64,000 nucleotides of DNA, taken from Octopus vulgaris (Eukaryota). A model generated the notes under the pieces. The model saw nothing but the letters and a program-made list of their open reading frames with translations. It was not told where the DNA came from and ran no database searches. Position 1 is the stretch's first letter; every line of letters begins with the position of its first letter. The stretch spans positions 41,106,001-41,170,000 of the forward strand of contig OX597836.1 of assembly GCA_951406725.2 (NCBI GenBank). Direction: 5' to 3'. Made by a program: the position numbers and the translations under genes. This document shows, piece by piece, positions 11,910 to 25,941 of this stretch.

Positions 11910-12397
11910 CTTTAATATGAACCATTTTATTGCATAATGCGTCTCCATCTTGCCTTTGACTTGAAAATACCCACTTCCCAGAATTGAGGTGGCTTCATGG
12001 CAAATAATTCATCAAGGGATCTTTTTACGTCATCCAAGGAATTGAAATTTTTACCATTAAGACTATTCTGCAGAGATCCGAATAAATGGAAATCCGAAGG
12101 AACAATATCTGGTGAATATGGAGGGTAGGGTAACACATCCCAACCGAGCTGTAGCAATTTTTGTCTGGTTCCCAAAGCATTAAGTGCCGAAAATGAACTT
12201 TCTTATCTTCCATTTTAAAGGGTTACAGAATTAACACAGGTTATAGGAACATAAACCTTCTTCCACGAAAAGATAGCTTAAACTGTGCTCTAAATGGAGG
12301 TGTAGTCAAATCCTATTTTATGGATTCAACCATGTTCTAAAATAAGTCGAAAGGTAAGCTACTATAAATTGGCATGAACTTTCCGGACAACCCAATA
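11910..12397 (-). pseudogene. Internally deleted mariner transposon
   Basis: TIR TATTGGGTTGTCCGGAAAG; N-terminus MEDKKVHFRHLML joined to a catalytic-domain fragment LGWDVLPYPPYSPDIVPSDFHLF (YSPDLAP motif). Confidence 0.85.
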
Positions 12398-12562
12398 GAA
12401 AGGATTATTTTCATCTTTAGTCTAAGAAGGAGCAAAACTTTTGAAGATAAATGACTTAAATTTCCGATAGGTATATCTTTTTAAGGGGAAAACGTGAAGC
12501 AGGGTAGCAGGTTGCATGTTCGAGATTGTGTTTTTAATGGTGAATGGTTTTGATAGACTTAC

Positions 12563-12752
12563 CGTAGGTTAACATTGTGTCTCGGGGGGAAACTAGTGTG
12601 GTAGGAGGGGCTGCCGTGAAGATCTTAGGAATGATGCTATCTGCGGATGGTGAGGTTGAACTCTCGAGCGCCGATGATGATGATGGGAACGATGAAGATG
12701 AAAATGACGATGAAGATTTATCTGTTGCGTTAGTTCTTCTCATCTTGCTTTC
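12563..12752 (-). CDS. Uncharacterised S/P-rich protein, coding exon 2
   Basis: Acceptor tctacatttttcgatag, donor G|GTAAGT; phase 0 in, 1 out; ESKMRRTN...RDTMLTY. Confidence 0.82.
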
Positions 12753-12826
12753 CTATCGAAAAATGTAGACAGATATTATTAGAATGGACATATGATGCGT
12801 AACACATGAAACGTACTCATTTCTGA

Positions 12827-13550
12827 GGGATTAAGTCGATTACATCGACCCAAGTGCGTAACTGGTACTTATTTAATCGACCCCGAAAGGATAAAAGGAA
12901 AAGTCGACCTCGGCGGAATTTGAACTCAGAACGTAACGGCAGATGAAATACCTATTTCTTTACTACCCAGAAGGGGCTAAACACAGAGAGGACAAAAAGG
13001 ACAGACAAACGGATTTAGTCGATTATATCGACCCCAGTGCGTAACTGGTACTTATTTAATCGACCCTGAAAGGATGAAAGGCAAAGTCGACCTCGGCAGA
13101 ATTTGAACTCGGAACGTAACGGCAGATGAAATACCTATTTCTTTACTACCCAGAAGGGGCTAAACACAGAGAGGACAAACAAGGACAGACAAACGGATTA
13201 AGTCGATTATATCGACCCCAGTGCGTAACTGGTACTTATTTAATCGACCCCGAAAGGATGAAAGGCAAAGTCGACCTCGGCGGAATTTTGAACTCAGAAC
13301 GTAGCGGCAGACGAAATACCTATTTCTTTACTACCCACAAGGGGCTAAACACAGAGGACAAACAAGGACAGACGAACGGATTAAGTCGATTATATCGACC
13401 CCAGTGCGTAACTGGTACTTAATTTATCGACCCCGAAAGGATGAAAGGCAAAGTCGCCCTCGGCGGAATTTGAACTCAGAACGTAGCGGCAGACGAAATA
13501 CCGCTAAGCATTTCGCCCGGCGTGCTAACGTTTCTGCCAGCTCGCCGCCT
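12827..13550 (-). mobile_element. tRNA-derived SINE family B, head plus tandem ~184-bp units (about 4-mer)
   Basis: Head GGCGGCGAGCTGGCAGAAACGTTAGC at 13549; junctions at 12945, 13128, 13313. Confidence 0.88.
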
Positions 13551-14098
13551 TAACAAGTTAAACAATCGGGAGAAGCTTTATAGACAATGCTTCCGGGTTT
13601 AGAATACGCGAAGCTTAGCCCAGTGTACCAACCACTAGTTTTTCTAGCTAGAATGAAATTCCTCCCTAGTACATAACTGGTATTTATTTTATCATTCTCC
13701 TGGGAACTTGAGACAAAATCGTTCATAGATGTAAGAATAACAACGAAGTAAATAATAACGTTCCCTGTCGTATTAGGAGATGTCACAGAGTCCCTGGACT
13801 TGAATATAAATTACCGGGATTCGAACACATAAACGGGGTAACCCAAGTGAGCCGTTCTAATGACGATTACAAAGGTAAAGATGTTGCGTAAAGATGATAC
13901 TAATGAGGAGAATGATGCTGATGATGCCGATGATAATGCTAATGTCGTTGTGGATGGTGGCAGTGACGATGGTAAGAATTAGGAAACTGAAGACGTTACC
14001 CTTAAAGCTATCTAGGATAAAGAAGACATTGCACTCAATCGCACATATGCATATGTAATCTTTCTTTCTTTCTTTCGTTCTTTGTGTATGTATGATTA

Positions 14099-14188
<90 letters not shown>

Positions 14189-14486
14189 AAGTAGATAAAT
14201 GAATTATCTTATTACGGATTATTCAAATGATAACCGATACCTGGGTAGCAAAAACACAACAGAAAAAGCACGGTTGAGGTTACGACCATGGGGTCTAAAA
14301 TCCGTGCCTTAGTGCGGAAATTTGAAGTTTTATATATTTGAAACATATGTAGAAAATAATAAAAAGGAATTTTGTTAAGTCTTCGTTCAGCTCCATTTCT
14401 TCCTACACTAAATATATATATATATATGTATATATTCATATATATATATATATGTATATATTCATATATATATATATATGTATATA

Positions 14487-14564
<78 letters not shown>

Positions 14565-14566
<2 letters not shown>

Positions 14567-14960
14567 CGCTGGAGTGGCTGTGTGGTAAGTAGCTTGCTAA
14601 CCAACCACATGGTTCCGGGTTCAGTCCCACTGCGTGGCACCTTGGGCAAGTGTCTTCTGCTATAGCCCCGTGCCGACCAATGTCTTGTGAGTGGATTTGG
14701 TAGACGGAAACTGAAAGAAACCTGTCGTATATATGTATATATATGTATATGTGTGTTTGTATGTCTGTGTTTGTCCCCCTAGCATTGCTTGATAACCGAT
14801 GCTGGTGTGTTTACGTCCCCGTCACTTAGCGGTTCGGCAAAAGAGACCGATAGAATAAGTACTGGGCTTACAAAGAATAAGTCTCGGGGTCGATTTGCTT
14901 GACTAAAGGCGGTGCTCCAGCATGGCCGCAGTCAAATGACTGAAACAAGTAAAGAAAGAA
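14565..14960 (+). mobile_element. SINE family A
   Basis: Full-length copy following (TA)n. Confidence 0.9.
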
Positions 14961-15189
14961 AGAATAGACGGCCTTTTCTGTCCCTTTCTCAAGCTGTTCT
15001 CAAGGCGTTCAAAATAATTTTTCCTTTCGTTCAGGCTTAACAGCCCTTACCGTTTGTATTACTGTTATTCTCCTCGTCCTGTCTTTTACTGTTTTTATTT
15101 GTATTGTTTTTACTGTCCTGTTCTTGGTACCACTTTTACCCTCCGCAAAAAATCCCAAATTTTATTTAATTTGCTTTGCGGGAAGGACT

Positions 15190-15450
15190 GTTTCAACGAA
15201 GTCGTGTCTCGCCTTTACCTTCGAAACACGGAGTAGACGAAGCAGAGGCGGCTGAAGAAGGGGAATTTTCCTTATGTTGTATGTTTCCTCCTCTGTTTAT
15301 TCGTTGTTTAAAAAAATGTCCATTTCCATGGTTTTGTTTTTATGTTTTCGTTTCTCATTGTGTTCGACGTTTTTTTGGTGTCCTGTACCCATATATGCAT
15401 GTATATATACATATAGATGTAGGTACGTACATATATGTATGTATATGTGC
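15190..15450 (+). mobile_element. Dispersed repeat (possibly Penelope-derived), family H3
   Basis: Inverted paralogue at ~35500-35750, partial copy at ~19035-19110; contains GAAAC..GTA and CTGAAGA half-cores. Confidence 0.5.
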
Positions 15451-15492
15451 ATATATTTTATTTATTATTTTGTTATTTTATTTATTATTTTG

Positions 15493-15579
<87 letters not shown>

Positions 15580-15581
15580 CA

Positions 15582-15621
<40 letters not shown>

Positions 15622-15812
15622 AACCACAAAACCGAACCGTGGGTGAAATATGAAAGTAAATATATTCCCCTTATACTCTTAATGTTCTTCATCTTGCAAA
15701 AAAACCTCAAAAAAAAAAGCAAAAATAAAAACATGCGCCACAGAAATCGGGAAACCGGGCCCATGAGCCTGAGCCTTGAAAAGGGCCCATAAATAAATAA
15801 AAATGCATATAG

Positions 15813-16228
15813 ACGCCGGAGTGGCTGTGTGGTAAGTAGCTTGCTTACCAACCACATGGTTCCGGGTTCAGTCCCACTGCGTGGCATCTTGGGCAAGTGT
15901 CTTCTACTATAGCCTCGGGCCGACTAAAGCCTTGTGAGTGGATTTGGTAGACGGAAACTGAAAGAAGCCTGTCGTATATATGTATATATATATATATATG
16001 CGTGTGTGTGATTGTGTGTCTGTGTTTGTCCTCCTAGCATTGCTTGACAACCGATGCTGGTGTGTTTACGTCCCCGTCACTTAGCGATTCGGCAAAAGAG
16101 ACCGATAGAATAAGTACTGGGCTTACAAAGAATAAGTCCCCGGGGTCGATTTGCTCGACTAAAAGGCGGTGCTCCAGCATGACCGCAGTCAAATGACTGA
16201 AACAAGTAAAAGAGTAAAAGAGTAAAGA
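15813..16228 (+). mobile_element. SINE family A
   Basis: Full-length; its tail ends about 12 bp from the exon-1 donor. Confidence 0.9.
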
Positions 16229-16239
16229 GACATACGCAC

Positions 16240-16392
16240 CTCGACTTGGCTTCTAGAAGCACAGATGACAGGATACTTCACATTCAAAGAACTGTTCAGT
16301 TGTTTGTGTTTTTGTGGCGTTAACGGAGGTGTTGGCGGCGTGTATTCCACCGAAACTGTGCGCTCTGACTCTTTTGTTGGGGTGAAATCCAT
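16240..16392 (-). CDS. Uncharacterised S/P-rich protein, first coding exon (exon spans 16240-16416 including 5' UTR)
   Basis: Acceptor ttttttaaatttcag, in-frame TAA upstream of gcgcaATGG, donor GAG|GTGCGT in phase 0 matching exon 2; MDFTPTKESERTVSVEYTPPTPPLTPQK... Confidence 0.78.
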
Positions 16393-16499
16393 TGCGCTTT
16401 AACCAGTCGATACGATCTGAAATTTAAAAAAACACAAAAACATTGTCTTAGACTACAGCTGTTTCAGACAATTTAAAGGCTTCACTTGCAATGGCATCT

Positions 16500-17592
<1,093 letters not shown>

Positions 17593-17699
17593 GTGGAAAA
17601 TAGAGTGGGGAGCCTCCTGATGGAACGTTTCTTTGCTTATTCCTTGCTCCCCAGAGACGACGCACTCAGCTTTCTTCCACATAATAAATAATCACGTGA

Positions 17700-18105
17700 C
17701 CAACCCATCGGAAACAGGACATTGTCGTGGTGCATAACAGAAATAACATGCATGATAATCGACATAGCATATCCCGGTGACAATAGGATCAGAGAGAAAG
17801 AAGCAAAAACTAAACGACCATGACGGTATGAAAAGGTTGCAGTGAAGAGAGTAGATGTTGAAGGGAGTCGTAATTGGGTCGCTTGGAAGTATCAGCACTC
17901 AGCTAACCAGCATGGCTGAAAAAGGATTGGTGCAAGTGTGAAGGTAGAACACCTACAAAAAATCAGCATTGCTTGGAACTGCAATAAGAATTCTTCGCAG
18001 GGGCTCTTGAAGCATGACCGGTAAAACAAGTGTCGCCTTAGTCTGCTGGCTGTAGACAGCTGACACTTTCCATCATAACCAGCAAAATAAGCTGTGAGTT
18101 TTCAT
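17700..18105 (+). mobile_element. R4/Dong-like non-LTR retrotransposon 3' fragment (REL endonuclease)
   Basis: DIVVVH...CMIIDIAYPGDNRIREKE...VVIGSLGSIS...EHLQK(S)ALLGTA(R)ILR with frameshifts; lies between trinucleotide arrays. Confidence 0.75.
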
Positions 18106-18350
<245 letters not shown>

Positions 18351-18364
18351 CAATATATTCTTTT

Positions 18365-18585
18365 AGGAGTGGCTGTGTGGTAAGTAGCTTGCTTACCAAC
18401 CACAGGGTTCCGGGTTCAGTCCCACTGCGTGGCAACTTAGCGGTTCGGCAAAAGACACCGATAGAATAAGTACTAGGCTTACAAAAGAATAAGTCCTGGG
18501 GTCGATTTGTTCGTCTGAAGGCGGTGCTCCAGCATGGCTGCAGTCAAAATGACTGAAAAACGTAAAAGAGTAAAGAGTATAAAGA
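18365..18585 (+). mobile_element. SINE family A, internally deleted
   Basis: Head joined to tail at CGTGGC|AACTTAGCGG. Confidence 0.85.
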
Positions 18586-18599
18586 GCATTTCAGTCTAT

Positions 18600-18995
18600 C
18601 TTTTACTCTTTTACTCGTTTCAGTCATTTGACTGCGGCCATGCTGGAGCACCGCCTTTAATCGAGCAACTCGACCCCGGGACTTATTCTTTGTAAGCCCA
18701 GTACTTATTCTATCGGTCACTTTTGCCGAACCGCTAGGTAACGGGGACATAAACACACCAGCATCGGTTGTCAAGCAACGCTAGGAGGACAAACACAGAC
18801 ACACAAACACACACACGCATATATATATATATATATATATACATATATACGACGGGCTTCTTTCAGTTTCCGTCTACCAAATCCATTCACAAGGCTATAG
18901 CAGAAGACACTTGCCCAAGGTGCCGCGCAGTGGGACTGAACCCGGAACCCTGTGGTTGGTTAGCAAGCTACTTACCACACAGCCACTCCTGCGCC
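18600..18995 (-). mobile_element. SINE family A (tail-to-tail with the previous copy); another 5' half at 19112-19278
   Basis: Similarity to other family A copies. Confidence 0.88.
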
Positions 18996-19031
<36 letters not shown>

Positions 19032-19957
19032 GGAGATAAATAAAAATATATGCAAACATACAAACATATATGTACGTACCCACATCTACATGCATATATA
19101 CATGCATATATATACGACGGGCTTCTTTCAGTTTCCGTCTACCAAATCCACTCACAAGGCTTTGGTCGGCTCGGGGCTATATTAGAAGACACTTGCCCAA
19201 GGTGCCACGCAGTGGGACCGAACCCGGAACCATGTGGTTGGTAAACAAGCTACTTACCACACAGCCACTCCTGCGCCTATATATATAATAAATGAAAAAA
19301 AATGTATTGTATATTCACAAACGACAAATACAAAAAATAAAACGTATATTAAGTCTACGAGGGGACAGAATACGGACACTGAAGATCCCTAATTCTTCAT
19401 CAGTTATTGACCAGATGGTAATACTCAGTTTCGCACCATTCTGTCTGTCTTCCGTCCATTCGTGCACTCAATATACATTGTACGTTTTTTTTTTTATTTG
19501 TCCTTCGTGACACGTGTCTGGAATATTCAGCCACATTCATTTAGGGGGCAGATAGTTCGGTTTGCGCATGCGTGTGTTAATCGGTTGATAAGTGGTTCGA
19601 GGACCCAGAGTTTCGAGAATGATGTTTACCAAAAATCTCAGATATCTTCCATCTTTTACTTGTTTCAGACGTTAGACTATGGCCATACTGGAGCACCACC
19701 TCGAAGAATTATTTAATCGAATGAATCGACTCCCCACCCACCCAAGACTTATTTTTTCTTAAGCTTGGTACTTATTCTATTGGTGTACTTTGCCAAACCG
19801 CTAGATTACGGGGACGTAAACACACCAGTACCGGTTGTCAAGCGGTGGTGGGGAACAGACACAAAGACACACATACACACACACACGCGACGTGCTTATG
19901 AAGTTAGAGAACCTAACGCACTCCGGCTTATACACACACACACATAAATATTGTGTT

Positions 19958-20320
19958 AAGTAAGTTAATTAATTTTGGCTCAAAAAGCAAGGCCATGTAG
20001 GGGGACATGGAGTTATGTACAGGGTGGTGTTCATGTAAAGAGTTCAGGCCACTTATGGTCAAGGGAGACTTTGAACCGAGCGGTCGTCGGTATCTTCACT
20101 ATCTCGTCCGGCAGCTTATTCCACGGATCCGCAACCCGGACGGAGAAAGCTCCTCTCCTTCGATTCAGATGAAATCGTCGCAGATAGAGCTTTTCTGAAT
20201 GACCCCGCAGCCGACGCTCTGGAGCAGGAGTGAAGAACAGCTCATTCGAGAGGTTACACTTTCCGTTTATGATGCTGTGAGCAAGAATGAGATCACCACG
20301 GCGTCGTCGTTTTTTAGAGA
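19958..20320 (-). mobile_element. CR1 LINE 3' end
   Basis: RRRRGDLILAHSIINGKCNL...LRGHSEKL...FSVRVADPWNKLPDEIV...FKVSLDHKW, a typical CR1 ORF2 C-terminus; stop at 20031-20033. Confidence 0.85.
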
Positions 20321-20419
20321 ATTATATTTATATACATGTATATACGTTCATCGATACATGCACTGAAGCGTAAATAATTTTGTATATATCCATATAAATC
20401 ACTGTTATACAGTGGAGAG

Positions 20420-20755
20420 GTAGAGACCCCCTACAGTCATGCATGACCATGGGATTGCACCTGAAAAGTTACCCTCCGAGGCCCAATTCCGAACAAGGTT
20501 GTTTATGGGAGGCCAGCAGTCGCCCATGCATACCAGCCTCCCTTCTTCACACCACTGATGTTATCCAAGGGAAAGGCAAAGGGGCCGATACAGCTTGCCA
20601 TCAGTGATGTTGCAATTCATTTCTGCAACTGAATGAACTGGAGCAACGGGAAATAAAGTGTTTTGCTCAAGAACACAACACACAGCCAAGTCCGGGAATC
20701 GAACTCACAACCTTTCGATCGTAAGCTCGATGCTCTAACCACTGAGCCATGCGCT
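20420..20755 (-). mobile_element. tRNA-derived SINE, family D variant (partial copy also at 49395-49660)
   Basis: GCGCATGGCTCAGTGGTTAGAGC...GAGTTCGATTCC head. Confidence 0.75.
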
Positions 20756-20900
20756 TTCTCTGTAATACAGTAATAAATGAATTATTAGAACGCTGGCGCG
20801 CTGAAAATTACGCATGTGAATTCGTTTATGCCACATTCCCCGAAATACCCTCCGATTCAGACTCTTCCTTTGAAATGTACTTAAGTCAGCAAGTAAAATA

Positions 20901-21318
20901 GGCGTAGGAGTGGGTGTGTGGTAAATAGCTTGATTACCAACCACATGGTTCCGGGTTCAGTCCCACTGCGTGACACCTTGGGCAAGTGTCTTCTATTAGA
21001 GCCTCTGGCCGACCAAAGCCTTGTGAGTGGATTTGGTAGACGGAAGCTGAACGAAGCCTGTCGTATATATGTATATGTATATATATGTGTGTGTGTATGT
21101 GTTTGTGTGTCTGTGTTTGTCCCCCTAGCATTGCTTGACAACCGATGCTGGTGTGTTTACGTCCCTGTCACTTAGCAGTTCTGCAAAAGAGACCGATAGA
21201 ATAAGTACTGGGCTTACAAAGAATAAGTCCCGGGGTCGATTTGCTCGACTAAAAGGTGGTGTTCCAGCATGGCCGCAGTCAACTGACTGAAACAAGTAAA
21301 AGAGTAAAAGAGTAAAAG
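20901..21318 (+). mobile_element. SINE family A
   Basis: Full-length copy. Confidence 0.9.
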
Positions 21319-21330
21319 AATATATAAATA

Positions 21331-21633
21331 TGGCCCAGTGGTTAGGGCAGCGGACTCGCGGTCGTAGGAAGGCGGTTTCGATTCCCAGACCGGGCGTTGC
21401 GAGTGTTTATTGAGCGAAAACACCTAAAAGCTCCACGGGGATCCGGCAGGGGGGTGGGGGTGACGATCCCTGCTGTACTCTTTCGCAACAACTTTCTCTC
21501 ACTCTTTCTTCTGTTGGCCTGCTCGCTTAGCCAGCGGGGTGGCGCCATTTGAAGGCTAAATTAATGCGAAGCGCATTGTGACCAGCGATGTGTAGCAGCA
21601 TCTGACAGCCTGGTCGGTCACGTGATCACGTGA
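21331..21633 (+). mobile_element. SINE family C with alternative tail
   Basis: Head TGGCCCAGTGGTTAGGGCAGCGGACTCGCGGTC...GGTTTCGATTCCC. Confidence 0.8.
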
Positions 21634-21714
21634 TATATATATATATATATAATTTAAAAAGTCCATGTCACAAAAAATGTGCACTCGTAATATACCCACT
21701 ATATAGTGGGTATA

Positions 21715-22000
21715 TTAATTAAAATATACAACATTATAGATGTATTTCAGTCAATCTTAGCATTTGGTTTCGCATTAGGTATTAGATAACCGATATTAGA
21801 TAGCAGTACGGTTATGTAACACAATGTACTCTGCAGAGATGGTGCCAAATTTTTTTCCATACTTCCCATCTCTGAAGAGCACGTAGTGTTACTTAACAGT
21901 GCTGACATTTAATATTGGATTATCTAATACCCTGTGCAAAACTGTTTGGAAAGATCGGTCGAAAAGGGTCTATAATACAATATTCTTTGATTAATATATA
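21715..22000. mobile_element. Diverged fold-back pair, each arm with a decayed long-stem-II hammerhead (family H4)
   Basis: Plus: CCATCT-CTGAAGA-GCAC...GTGC-AAAAC...GAA-AGATCGG. Minus: CCATCT-CTGCAGA-GTAC...ATGC-GAAAC. Confidence 0.5.
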
Positions 22001-22230
22001 TATTAAAATGTCGAGACAACCTCATGTCAGAGAAGAACATTTAAATATTTAAATATTTGCAACGAGAATTTTAGAGTCTATAAATAGAAGTAGATTAAAT
22101 GTTTTGTAAAATAAGATCTTATTAGTGTTTGGGTATATGGGTATATGGGTATATGGGTATATCCATAATTGAACCCTTATTGTTATTTAAAGTTGAAAGG
22201 GGTAAATAGCCGTAGTGAGGAAGGTGAGCT

Positions 22231-22273
<43 letters not shown>

Positions 22274-22415
22274 GAGAGAAAGAGAGAAAATTTCTTTATT
22301 TACCATAAGGTTGAGAAAAAGGGGGGACGATAGGAGGACAGACAAAACAAACGTTGGGGTCAGGGTATCGAATGAGACGAAATGTATGAATAAACAAACA
22401 ATTAAAATATATACA

Positions 22416-22723
22416 ACTAGCAGTATCGCCCGGCGTTGCTCGGGTTTGTAAGGGAAATAACTATATAAGCATTTTTAGAGAGTTACTTCCCTTATATAAA
22501 ACCGAGTAAAAAATGCATTAAAAATGGGAAAAAAATGATGGTAAATTTTTTTTTAAATCGTAGACTCATCGTAGACGCGCGCTAATACCCAGAAGGGCTC
22601 GATATGAATCACGACTATAAGATACCCGCTCTTGGTTAAACTGCACCGCAAAATGTGGGGGTAGTTAGGAATCTAAATCGTAGGAGACAGACACTCACAC
22701 AACTTCACTTTTATATATAAAGA
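22416..22723 (+). mobile_element. Helentron/DINE-like non-autonomous element
   Basis: 5' ACTAGCAGTATCGCCCGGCGTTGCTCGGG hairpin, 3' ...TTTTATATATAAAGAT; paralogue at 5565-5948. Confidence 0.6.
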
Positions 22724-23187
22724 TTAAATGAGAATGAGTGATTAACAAAAAATGAAGCGGAGGACGCGGTCGACCCCACAAACCAAATACTCACACTAGA
22801 GTGTGTGTGCTTGTTTCTGCCTGCTAGTTACTTGTTACAAGATATGGAGAAGTGCATGGTGAGTAGAAAGGGTTTCAGAATTCTTAACACGGCGATTTGA
22901 CAAGAATGGGAGGAGGTCTTTCTTTACACGTTAAATGCGAAAAGCGTATAAGATAAAGAAAACAAAATTAAAGTTTAAGGCTTCAAGGTCAAAATCCACG
23001 AATACGGTTAAGAAAAAACTGATAAGAATTTAAACTAAAATAAAAATAAAAATATAATTCAAATATAACAAAATTAATATATATATATATAGATACGTTT
23101 ACATAATTACACGTGAGCGCACGCACACACACACACACACAAGCAAAGATATACATATATATGAATTATGTATGTGATATATATACA

Positions 23188-23237
<50 letters not shown>

Positions 23238-23356
23238 GATGTACACGTATAAGTATGCATGTACAGGCATTCCTTCATGTCTGTGTATGTGTGCGTATAT
23301 ATATATATATATATATGCATATATATCCATACATATATATATGTATATATATATAT

Positions 23357-23389
<33 letters not shown>

Positions 23390-23414
23390 AATACATAAAT
23401 ATATATACATATAT

Positions 23415-23457
<43 letters not shown>

Positions 23458-23506
23458 GTGTATATGTATAAACATTGTTTCATGTATACATGTTTGTATA
23501 CATATT

Positions 23507-23563
<57 letters not shown>

Positions 23564-23886
23564 GCGCGAGCGCAAACACACATAACAAACGACTAATACC
23601 AACTTGGAATTTAATTACTTCATGTCTGCCGCTGCACAGAATAGGTACGCTTGTAGTTAAATATAGTGAATTGAATATCCATATTAAAAACTTACATATA
23701 TTCTCATATAAACACATTTCTTTATACACGTCAATACGTCATGTGTACAAACGCATTATCTCAAACAAATATTCGTTCCTGAGTAAAATGAAAGGGTGGT
23801 TTTATATCATAAAAAAAAAAGTCTCTCGAATAATTAAACGGATATGTAATTGTAACCATTTTATGCAAGCTGACACGTTTTATTAG

Positions 23887-24053
23887 ACGCGCAGGAGTGG
23901 CTGTGTGGTAAGTAGCTTGCTAACCAACCACATGGTTCCGGGTTCAGAACCCACTGCGTGGCACCTTGGGCAAGTGTCTTCTCTTATAGCCTCGGGCCGA
24001 CCAATGCCTTGTGAGTGGATTTGGTAGACGGAAACTGAAAGAAGCCTGTCGTA

Positions 24054-24096
<43 letters not shown>

Positions 24097-25850
24097 ATAT
24101 GTTTGTGTGTCTAACAACCGCTTGACAACCGATGCTGGTGTGTTTACGTCCCCGTTACTTAGCGGTTCGGCAAAAGAAACCGATAGAATAAGTACTGGGC
24201 TTACAAAGAATGAGTCCTGGGGTCGATTTGCTCGACTAAAGGCGGTGCTCCAGCATGGCCACAGTCAAATGACTGAAACAAGTAAAAGAGTAAAATAGTA
24301 TTTCAGAGTAGATATTGAAGAATTGACGGGTCTGTATGTGGACAGCATATATATCCTTATATAAACCTTTTGAATAATGCATTTCATACGGTTCCATGTA
24401 TACTGTCATTAATTAACCGAGTACATATACTTAGATCTTACATCTTATACTTGTTTCTGTCATTAGACCGCGGTCATGTTGGGTCACCGCCTTGAGGAAT
24501 TTTTAGTCGAATGTATGGACCCAAGTACTTATTTTCTTTTTGAAGCCTGGTACTTATTCTATCGGTTTCTTTTGCCGAACCGCTAAGTTACGGGGACGTA
24601 AACACACCAGCATCGGTTGTCAAGCGATGTTGGCGGGTACAAACACAGACATAAAAACATATACACACATATACATATATATATATTGCAAACCAAATCC
24701 CAAAACGAAATATTGGTGAAATTCTTGTACTTTAAGGTTTTATCATGAAAAATAAGTTTTCAATAAGTTGAGGATGAATATTAGGAGAGCATTTACTACA
24801 TTTTAGTCCTTGGTCGATTTTGGTGTCTTATTTGCTGGTTTTCTTCTGAAGGATTATATTTTTTCTTTAATCCTTTAAATGGAGTTTTTTTTTTTTATTT
24901 CCTGTAAAATTCATTTTTCGTGGTGGAGTTTGGATATTTCTTTTTATTGGAAAAGATAGAAATTGGTTGCATATTGTTTACGCTCTCTTTTACTCTTTTA
25001 CTTGTTTCAGTCATTTGACTTCGGCCATGCTGGAGCACCGCCTTTTTTTTTTTTAATCGAGCAACTCGACCCCGGGACTTATTCTTTGTAAGCCCAGTAC
25101 TTATTCTATCGGTCTCTTTTGCCGAACCGCTAAGTGACGGGGACATAAACACACCAGCATCGGTTGTCAAGCAATGCTAGGGGGACAAACACAGACACAC
25201 AAACATACACGCACACACACACACACATATATATATATATACACATATATACGACGGGCTTCTTTCAGTTTCCGTCTACCAAATCCACTCACAAGGCAAT
25301 GGTCGGCCCGGGGCTATAGTAGAAGACACTTGCCCAAGGTGCCACGCAGTGGGAAAGAACCCGGAACCATGTGGTTGGTAGACAAGCTACTTACCACACA
25401 GCCACTCCTTTTTATGTTAAATAAGTTAAAGAAGCTAGCTTACACACACACACACACACAACACACACACACACACACACACACGCTCGCACACACATTA
25501 TGAACGCATTTAATTGTCGATATTCAAATCTTTACATAGGTATTCACTCAAAAACGCTCAAATATATACATGCAGGTATACATCTAAATAGAAAACGCAA
25601 GGAGATCGATACATACTCTTGCATATACTCTTCTACTCTTTTACTTGTTTCAGTCATTTGACTGTGGCCATGCTGGAGCACCGCCTTTAGTCGAGCAAAT
25701 CGGCCCCCAGGACTTATTCTTTTGTAAGCCTGGTACTTATTATATCGGTCTCTTTTGCCGAACCGCTAAATAACGAGGACGTAAACACACCAGCATCGGT
25801 TGTCAAGCGATGTTGGGGCAACAAACACAGACACACAAACATATACACAC

Positions 25851-25941
<91 letters not shown>

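Noticed and set aside
14565-14640. tRNA genes at SINE heads
   Set aside because: A/B boxes are present, but each head is fused to a SINE body and lacks a complete cloverleaf.
16230-16239. Alternative donor GTATGT 4 nt downstream of the chosen exon-1 donor
   Set aside because: It gives phase 1, which is incompatible with the phase-0 exon 2.
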